64,000 nucleotides of DNA from Cycas panzhihuaensis (Eukaryota > Plantae > Cycadophyta): positions 232,011,741 through 232,075,740 of the forward strand of contig CM041465.1 of NCBI GenBank assembly GCA_023213395.1, written 5' to 3'. The translations under genes and the position numbers were made by a program. How positions within the stretch are numbered: position 1 is the first letter of the stretch; each line of letters starts with the position of its first letter. The notes under the pieces were generated by a model. The model was given only the letters and a program-made list of their open reading frames with translations, had not been told where the DNA came from and made no database searches. Below are positions 55,200 through 64,000 of the stretch, piece by piece.

Positions 55200-55545
55200 A
55201 GACCATCAAGCACATGTTGTTGGTGCAACAATTACAAGACTACCAAATGATATATGTTATCTACTGATTTGTTGGCCTATAGACAAGGTCGATTTCACTG
55301 TTCCGCACATGCTCTCTAATGAAGTGGTGATGGACCCTAATATGCTTGGATCTTGCATGAAAAATTGGATTCTTAATCATTTTGAGCACACTTTGGTTGT
55401 CACAGTATAAGCTCTCTAAGAGTCCTCCTTAGCCATATAGCTTCACATGATGCACTAACTGCAACTTTGTATTCTACTTCTATGGAGGATATAGTAACAT
55501 TTGGTTGCTTCTTGCAACTCCATGTTACACCAACTGTTTCCTCAT
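55200..55545 (-). pseudogene. Copia RNase H fragment
   Basis: WSCKKQPNV and NPIFHARSKHIRVHHHF on the minus strand. Confidence 0.8.
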
Positions 55546-56314
55546 GGTAAACATTGATAATTTATCCTATTTTTTGAGGTCAAGCATTTTGAGCTTGAAT
55601 GTACCTATTTTCCCACATTATACTGCATGTTAATGTTTATGGGAAAAAGGATTCCATGAGATAGATTTTCCTATTGAGGGAGATCCAAGAAGTAAGAGTG
55701 GGGTGACATGCCTTCCTTTATGTACCCTTGAATCTAAGAAGCTTTATACGACCGTTTGCCCACCTATCCCCATACTAGGTATGGCCTAGATATGGGGATC
55801 TATGGATGTGGCTTGGATTTGTATCTCATATATGACCTATATCTTGGGACATATTTAAGTCGGATCCTGTCCCTGCATCGATTATTGAGGTAGTATCCTA
55901 TAGTATTCTAGCATATCCTAGAATATTTCAAGGTGATATGACTTCAACAATAAGTCTAATTTATTTATTTTTTTAATGTTTTGAAGAAAAAACATTGCAT
56001 TAAGAAAAACTGAAAAAAAGAGAGAGTAGTTTTCTTAAAAATTAAAATAAAACATTGCTTTTTCACTTTATAGGAGGGAAGACAAAAAACGAAAACACTA
56101 AATAGAAAAGTTTAAACATCGAAACTAAAGAAGAACCAAGAAAGTGGTTCTACCCAAAGCCATGGGCTAAAAAGTGCATACAATTTTGCCCAAAACCATG
56201 CATTACAGTAAATTATGGGCTGCCTAAAACAATGGGTTATTGTTTTCTACTTAAAGTGCACCTCCCTTTCACAAATTATCTCTTTTCTTTGGCATTTCAT
56301 TGTATGTTTGTGTA

Positions 56315-56565
56315 GGAGCTTGTGGGTAGTGATTTTAGCTTGCAGGCAATGGTTTTCAAGTGTGGGTAACCTCCTCTAGCTTGTGGACAGCTAGATCTGT
56401 AGGTAGCCTTCATTTGTAAGGGGGCAACTTGTTTTGCTTGTGGGCAATCTTCATTTGTAAGTGGGCATTTTGTTTATCTATTGGGCACCCTTTTTTTGCT
56501 TGTGGGTAACTTGTTCACCTTGTGGGTAGCAAAATTTTGCAAGTGGGCACAATTTTCATTTGTGT
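56315..56565. repeat. Degenerate ~21-bp minisatellite (core GCTTGTGGGYA), roughly 11-12 units
   Basis: Periodic TGTGGG[C/T]A cores separated by T-rich spacers. Confidence 0.7.
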
Positions 56566-56766
56566 TTTTGTAGATTTGGGGGTGTGGGCATGTGTTGTAG
56601 ATTGTTGGAGCCATTTAGAGGTTTTTAATTTTGATACAAGAATCTTAGCCCTCCCTCTCTGTGCCAAGATTCTTTATATTTTCCTTTTGTTTTTGTCTAT
56701 TTGGCACAAATATCTTGGTCCCCCTTATTGTGCCAAGCTATTTGCACTTCCCCCCCCCTTTTTTGT

Positions 56767-58180
56767 CCTGCTCCAATGGCATCCTCAACATTTTCAATTG
56801 CCAGTGGTTGTGGTGGAGGTGGTGACAGTGGGAAGAGTGGAGGCCACAACATCCCAATTCAAGAGTTGGATGGCTCCCTGTGGTGGAAGTATGTTGTGAG
56901 GCTCACCCCTATGGTGAAACTAAGTGGGGATATTGCTCTTGGGAATGTAGATAGTGTAAGTCTACTTTTAGTGGGTCTTATTCAAGGGTCAAATCCCATT
57001 TAATATGCAGTATTGGTATTGGGATTTAAGCATGCAATGTAATTAGTAAGTCAAGGCCACTAGATTTTTTAGGAGCAAGAAGTTGTTGCAAGAGCTAAGG
57101 CAGTAAGGAAGTTTATCGAGCAAGGGGCCTCATTGTATTGATACATCTAATGCAATGAGTCCACAAGAGAAAATAATTACATTATAATGGTTTGCTCAGT
57201 AGATCAATAATCAGTAGATCACATAACCAATAATAACTAGAGACATATTAATTAGATAGTAGAATAGTAGATAAGAGTACAAGATGGCAGATTGCCAGGT
57301 ATTGAAGTGATGAATAGGGTGGTTTAATCCATAATGAAATAAATAAAAGATCATAATGTTCTCTTGATGGCTCCCATATATATACATGCATTTATTATGG
57401 AGCCAAGTTGCCTTCTAAAACATTAATTCTTGTCTTGTTACATCTAATGTATCAGTGTCCAGGATTGTGGAGGAAGGCTGTAAATGATAGAATATGGGCC
57501 CACTCAGAAAGTTGTTTGATGTCAATGGAGGGGAGGAGGTTAATAGTAGTGTTGCATTTTGCATTTATGCGGGTGGACTCCTATTCTCTTATTCGCTCCT
57601 CATATTGTCAAGATATGGTGAGAGTAACAAATAATGGACCAAGAAGCTATGAGAGCCCTACTTATGAAAAGTTGTGAACCACCTTTGCTTGCTCGGGAAA
57701 GGATACTGATGGAATAGTGCGTGGACCCAATTTGTATAAGTTGGAACATAACAAGGGTCTCCATTATGTCTAATGGGTGGATAGATGCAACAAATAGATC
57801 ACTTCTGAATCTCATTGTGAGCTCTCCAAAGAGTGCATGATTTCTTAATGCAATTTGATTGCACTAACAAGGAGAATAACACATAAGCTATTGCAAATGT
57901 TCTCATAGACATAATTGAAACTATGGGGTTGTCGAATGTGGTGCAAGTCATTATAGACAATGCACATGCATGATTGTAGAAGCCAGATGTGACTACAACT
58001 CTGTGTGGTTCACAATTTGAATTTGGCATCGAAGGCAATTGGCACAATTCCTTGGATCAAGGAAATCTGTGATGAAGGGAAGGAGATTGAAATATTTGTG
58101 ACCATTCACGAGTAGGCATATGCAATTTTGAAGAAATTCTCACTTGGCAATATTGAATGCTGTAGAAATATGATTTGCTA
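56767..58180 (+). pseudogene. Degenerate hAT-superfamily transposase (BED finger plus DUF659-like domain)
   Basis: WKYV...WECR*CKSTFSGSYSRVKSHL..GIGI*AC (~56884-57035), VSIMSNGWIDATNRSLLNLIV (~57757), NVVQVIIDNA (~57935). TIRs not confidently seen. Confidence 0.85.
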
Positions 58181-58736
58181 TGAGAAACTAAAATAAACAA
58201 AGCATGTCAAGAGAAAAATTGACAGAGTAACAATGTAGAAGCAAAATAAAATATTAACGAAGGCTTTACACAAGTATACTGGCAAATCTTGACAAATTCT
58301 CATTGAACAAATGGAAGAAAGTACATCATAGTTATACATGTGCCCCATCAACAGTTACAAAGTAATGATACAAGAGAAAGGAGTTACAAAAAAAATAGGA
58401 GTTACAGAATGTTGGAAAAGGAGGAGCTACATTCTCACATGTGTGAGAAGACACCTCGGCTAACATAAAATGTCAAAGTTAACATTATTCCTAATGCTCC
58501 CTCATAATGCTAACTTCATTATCTTTGACCCTTAGAAGTTGTCTGAACTTGTTAATTTCTATCTGTTCAATGTTTTGGTCAACATATTTGCAACCTAGTC
58601 TTGAGTTGGATAGTGTAGTATACCAATTGTACTATATCATTTTGCACTTGCTCCCAGATGAAATGATTATGGATATCAATGCGCTTTGTCCTTGCATGAA
58701 AAATTAGATTTTTTGAGAGCTATATGGTACTTTGGT
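58181..58736 (-). mobile_element. 3' end (RNase H tail, PPT, LTR) of a copia element inserted in the hAT and interrupted by H
   Basis: LTR-like 58181-58496, reverse PPT CTCCCTC at 58497-58503, and minus-strand IFHARTKRIDI and YPTQD*VANMLTK. Confidence 0.72.
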
Positions 58737-61700
58737 TGTAGCAAATCAAATTACTCAGTCTGGCCGAGTTAGAAGCATTGTCCTAGCCGACTTAAATGTG
58801 TTATTAAAGCCAATATTTCACCTTGTCTTGGCTGATTTCTATATGGAGGCAGAATCCAATTATATAAGGGATTTAGGAACTTCATTCCCAACCAAGCTAG
58901 CACTGATTTGGTAAGATATTTTTGGCCTTTAAGGCAATAGTACTTCGGCCCTTTGGGCAACAGTAATTGGAGGCTACCTCACCTCGAAGAGGGAGCATTA
59001 TCTTAGCTCCAATACTAGACTTAACTTAGATTTAGTTACCCTATATCTGGTGATATTTTCCTCATTCATTTCCCACTTATTTTGTGACTGGGGTAGCCCT
59101 CTTTCTCATTCATTTATTGCTGCATTTATAGACATATTTTGTTATCACTTGATGTGCATTATTTTTATTTGGAGTCTTTTTCAGCTGATATTCGGGATCT
59201 AAGCAAATCTTGTCGCTATAAATGGTATCAGAGCTTCATTTTGAAGCGAGAATTCAAAGGGAAGTGGTAAAAATTAGCAATCAAATTCCCCCTCCGCGAG
59301 ACGGAAACTAGGTTGGAAAAAAGCTTCACCAACAACATAGTGAATCAGGCCCCAAATTAGATTGAGGGGATAGACAAAAAGCTAGACGAATTGAACAACA
59401 GCATAAAAATTGTTGCAGAGCAAATAAGAGGGTGGATGAAAACCTTCAAGGAGACTCCTTAGTTTCATAGATTTGAGATAATCATGGAAGAAGAAGAATC
59501 ATTGGGCATCGAGAAGCTAGGGGAATATGACACCTAGGATGAACCCATCAACCAAGAAAATCCCAACAGATACAGAGGGACAACATTTGAGAGAAGAGGA
59601 CCAAAAAACACACATACGGATCATGGACTCAAAGGAACCAAACTTTCATTGGAAAAGTCTAATCTAGATAGATCGAGGGACAATAGAAGTTGGTTACTAC
59701 AGATGGAAACATATTTTGAGGTTTATGGACTAGACAACAAGGATAAGATTTCAACAACAACCCTTCACTTGTATGGAAGGGCATTACAATGGTTCTATTG
59801 GTGGAAGAAGATCAACACAAGAGTCCAAGGATCTTGGGACTATTTAAAAAGGGGCTTGATTAATCAGTACAAAGATTCATGGAACACAGACTACTTCGCC
59901 CAACTAACGTGGCTACATCAAATGTGATCGGTACAGGAATACACAGAGCAATTTCAAGGACTTTAATGTCTTGTTTCAAAGATAATACTAGCAGAATGTC
60001 TCATGGAAACTTGCATCAGTGGCTTAAAGGGACCAATTAGATTTTGCATCAAGTCCATGAGTCCAATAAATATTCAACACGTGATTAAATTGGCCAAAAA
60101 CATCGAAGCTGAATTCAAGGAGAGCCAACCGACATTTACGCACAGATATGAGCCGAATACAAATTAGCACTAGGGGTCAAACCCAAATTAGATAAAGTCA
60201 AGTACAAAGGTGGACCTGCCATTAACAGTAAAAAATTTGAATGATATGAACGAAATATTAAGAGATGAACATCTCAAAAAGGGGACATGCTTTGAGTGCA
60301 GGGGTAAATGGAACCAAGAACACCAGTGCCCAACAAAAAAGGTGTTCATAATTAACAACAAAAACGGGGAAATCCCGAAAGAAGAAGAGATTAAGCAAGC
60401 TTCGGAAGAGGAAGCCAAAGAAGGCCAACTTTTGGAGGTGGATACCAAGCACGTGCAAATTTCATTGTAAGCCATTACAGGGTAGCAAGTCACTCCTCAA
60501 ACCCTCAGGTTCCAAGGAATGATTAAAGGAGCTTCGATGGCAATTCTGGTAAATAGTGGCAGCACCCATAATTTTATCAACTGAGCCACAACAAAGAAGT
60601 TAGGATTAGCAATCTAATCATTAAATATATTCCATGTGTCCATTGCAAATGGAAAAACTACCCTATGTGGCGGGTATGGCAAATCCGTAAATTTACAAAC
60701 TGGGGATTATCCAGTAACCACATTGATGTTTGTGATGTTGATTGGAGGTGTGGATGCAGTCTTAGGCATTCGGTGGCTGCAAATGTTGGGGAATGTAGTT
60801 ACATCCTATATGATGTAATTCATGTGCTTCTACCAGAAGGGACAAAAGTATAACCTTCAAGCACCCGCTACACCACCAGTGCAATTGGTATCCTCACACC
60901 GAATGGAGAAAATATTGAAGAAAAATCCTTTGGCATACATATTAACATGCTATAGAATAGCAGTAGAGGATGTGCCACCCAAAGTATAAGAAATCCTAAA
61001 TGAGCATAGCTCGATATTTAAGGAACCTCAAGGGCTCCCTCCCCAATGTGAACATCAACACACTATTAAGCTGGTACCGGGAGTAGCACCAGTAAACATA
61101 CGGCCATACAGACACCCGTATCACTTGAGAAAGGAGATTGAAAATATCACAAGGGAACTCTTAGCACAGGGATAGATAGCGAATAGTACAACCCTGTTTG
61201 CATCACCAGTGGTGGTGAACCCTAAAACGGACAAATCCTATAGGATGTGTGTAGACTATCAAGGATTAAACAAATTGATAGTAAAGAATTGTTATCCCAT
61301 TCTTAGGATAGATGATTTGCTCGATGAAATTCATGGAGCAAGATATTTTACGAAAATTGGTCTTAGATTTGGGTACTATTAGATCTGTTTCAAAGAAGAG
61401 GATGTTTACAAAACAACTTTTTGCACCCATGAGGGGCTGTTTGAGTTCAAAGTTATGTCGTTCGGATTGGCGAATGTCCCGACTACATTTTAAAGTACCA
61501 TGAATGCGATATTGAAACCATTATTATGAAAATTTGTGCTAGTCTTTTTTGATGATATACAACAAAACTTGGAAGAACACCTAGACCATATCAGGGCGGT
61601 CTTGATGATCTTGGAAAAACACCAAATTATATGCGAACATGGGAAAATGCACCTTTGCAAAAGAAGCATTAGAATATGCAGGGCATGTCATTACCAGGGA

Positions 61701-64000
61701 AGGGATCGAGATAGATCCAAAGAAGACACAAGTTATCGTCAATTGATCAATGCCAAAGAATGTGACAGGGATAAGAAGCTTTTTAGGAGTAGCAGGGTTC
61801 TTTTAGAAGTTTGTTAAGGGATACACCCATATTGCAACACCTCTAACAAATCTTACGAAGAAAAATGTATTTGGATGGAACCCATCAGTAGAGAAAGCCT
61901 TCAAAGACCTCAAAAGAGCAATGATTACTACACCGGTTCAAGCAATACCAGACTTTTCTCAACCATTTATCTTAGAGTGTGATGCTTTCGGATTCGGGAC
62001 TGGAGTCATTCTAATACAAGAGGGTTGACTGATAATGTATGAAAGCAGGAAGTTGAACAATGGAGAGAAGTTAAAACCAATATATGACAAAGAGATGTTG
62101 GCAATTATGCATGCGATTCAATAGTGGAGGCAATATCTTCTCATAAACAAATTCATAGTTTGAACAGACCACGACAACCTAAAATACTTCTTGAATCAGA
62201 AAATGTTATCAGACGAACAACAAAAATGGGTGAGTAACTTGCAAACATTCGATTTCAGTATTGAATACAAAAGAGGGAAAGAGAATGTCATAGCAGACGC
62301 CCTATCAAGGCTATCAGAGGAGAACAATAGGGAAATATCTCTCAATGCGGTAACAATAGCAACTGCTAATTGGACTTGGGAATTAATTGCAGAATACGAG
62401 GGCGATCCATTCTCACAGAAAGTGTTAGAAGATATACAGACCCAAAAGACGTTGAAGTTTGATCTGCATGGAGATTTGATTCTACAGAAAGGAAAGATAT
62501 TTGTCCCAACAAGGTCCAAAGTAAAGGAGGTCTTAGTAGATGAGGCCCACTCAACGCCTACAACAGGACACACAGGAATTGATAAAACCTACCGAAAAAT
62601 AAGAAATTATTTTTACTGGAAGGGGATGAAAGTAGATATCCTAAAGAGAGTATCAGAATGTGACATTTATCAACATAACAAAGGCAAATGTGTGAAAAGC
62701 TTGGGATTGTTACAACCTCTACATATCCCAACCCAAAAATAGGAAGAAATTTCTATGGATTTCATTACAGGGCTCCCATGATCAGAAGGAAAGGATGCTA
62801 TTTTCATAGTAGTGGACAAACTTACAAAATATGTGTATTTTAGGGGGACGCAAACTACAACGAAGGCAAGTTAGATTGTGGAAGTATACATGAAAGAAAT
62901 GCATCAATTGCATAGGTTTCCAAAGATCATAATTAGTGACAGAGACCTGAAATTTACTAACCATTTTTGGCAGGATCTATTCAAGTTGGCAGGAACAAAA
63001 TTACATACGAGCACTACCTATCACCCATAAATGGATGGTCAAACTGAGGCGGTAAGCAAGTGTCTAGAAGGATACCTACGAAACTTTTTCTCAGACAAAC
63101 AAAACCAATAGCACAAGTGGCTCCACTTAGCAGAATGGTGGTACAATACCACATACTATATATCAGCTAAAATGATGCCATTCCAAGCATATCTATATTT
63201 ACCTGGACAAACATATCACATGTTCAATTAATCTGTGAATAACAGGAGTAGGTAGAATGAAACAATACAAATATTAAAAGATAATCTAAATATTGCAAGG
63301 AATAGGATGAAACAACAAGCGGATGCAAAAAGAATGGAGAGGAGTTTTGAAGTAGGGGATTGGTTTTTTCTTAGACTTCAACCCTATAAACAAGTATCAC
63401 TGCAACAAACGAACAAACAGAAATTAGCATCGCGGTTTCACGGACCATACCAAGTCAAAAAAAAGATCAGGGAAGTAGTATATCGCCTACTCCTACCCCC
63501 AGAAAGCAAAATTCATGACGTCTTCCATGTGTCCTACTTGAAAAAGAAGATAGGTGAGAAGATAACTCCTCAGACAACAATTCCAAAATTAGACGAAGAG
63601 GGGAAGATGACTACCAAACTCAATGGGATTTTATGGACAAGAATGAGAGAACTACGCTCTAGAAGAATTCAGGAGTTCCTCATAAAATGGAAGACTCTAG
63701 ATGCAGAGGATGCCACTTGGGAGTCTGAAGCATGGATGCAACAACATCCTAATTTACCCATGCTTGGAGGGCAAAGCATGTTTTTGAGGGGCAGGACATG
63801 TAGTAAACCAAATTACTCCGTCTTGGCCGACTTAGAAGCATTGTCCTGGCCGACTTACATGTGTTATTAAAGCTAGTATTTCACCTTGGCTTGCCCGACT
63901 TCTATATGGAGACAGAGTCCAATTATATAAGGGACTCATGGGCTTCATTCCCAACCAAGCTAGCACTAGTTTGGCAAGATATATTTGGCCTTTAAAGCAG
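58737..64000 (+). mobile_element. Ty3/gypsy chromovirus H (Reina-like); 3' LTR runs off the window
   Basis: 5' LTR 58737-59220. PBS TGGTATCAGAGC at 59223-59234. PPT 63786-63798. 3' LTR from 63799 matches the 5' LTR. Confidence 0.95.
59430..63800 (+). pseudogene. Chromovirus H gag-pol remnant with C-terminal chromodomain
   Basis: Gag WLLQMETYF..LHLYGRALQWF, protease ILVNSGSTHNFI, RT VFFDDI, integrase zinc-binding region AHSTPTTGHTG, GPY/F motif RFHGPYQV, chromodomain EFLIKWKTLDAEDATWE. Confidence 0.93.

Noticed and set aside
57178-57422. Possible solo LTR interrupting the hAT transposase
   Set aside because: Non-coding, LTR-like composition, but termini and TSD are not convincing and there is no second copy.
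62196-62573. Antisense ORFs over pol regions (also 38498-38848, 29157-29390, 17302-17589)
   Set aside because: Shadow frames of TE coding sequence on the opposite strand.

Overview
AT-rich plant nuclear DNA, gymnosperm-like in style (the taxon is inference), made almost entirely of decayed, nested transposable elements. Most boundaries could be read directly from LTR pairs, tRNA-iMet primer-binding sites (PBS), polypurine tracts (PPT) and target-site duplications (TSD). Nest 1: old Ty3/gypsy X (<1 to ~19339) contains minus-strand gypsy A (3652-15461), which contains short LTR element M (5572-13972), which contains a full-length L1-type LINE (7492-13874). Nest 2: non-autonomous LTR element B (23506-40487). 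Its 3' LTR holds copia C (26625-39279, itself containing young copia G, 30018-35250) and a 908-bp three-LTR, four-PBS mini-element F (39449-40356). Nest 3: copia D (43742-53579). Its 3' LTR holds gag-only element E (43840-48631), which carries an antisense, intron-less CYP72-clan P450 fragment. The rest comprises gypsy and copia fragments, a degenerate hAT transposase (~56.8-58.2 kb) and chromovirus H (58737 to >64000). No intact host gene was recognised. The only host-like stretch is a CpG-retaining island with candidate splice sites at ~20.75-22.3 kb. The most unusual features are element F (an inverted PBS where the PPT should be, plus a head-to-head LTR pair), the retro-captured P450 cDNA, a ladder of fossil PBS copies inside the B LTR, and a prion-like QQGxPxY repeat in the Gag of C. 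All comparisons were made by eye, so coordinates may be off by a few bases.
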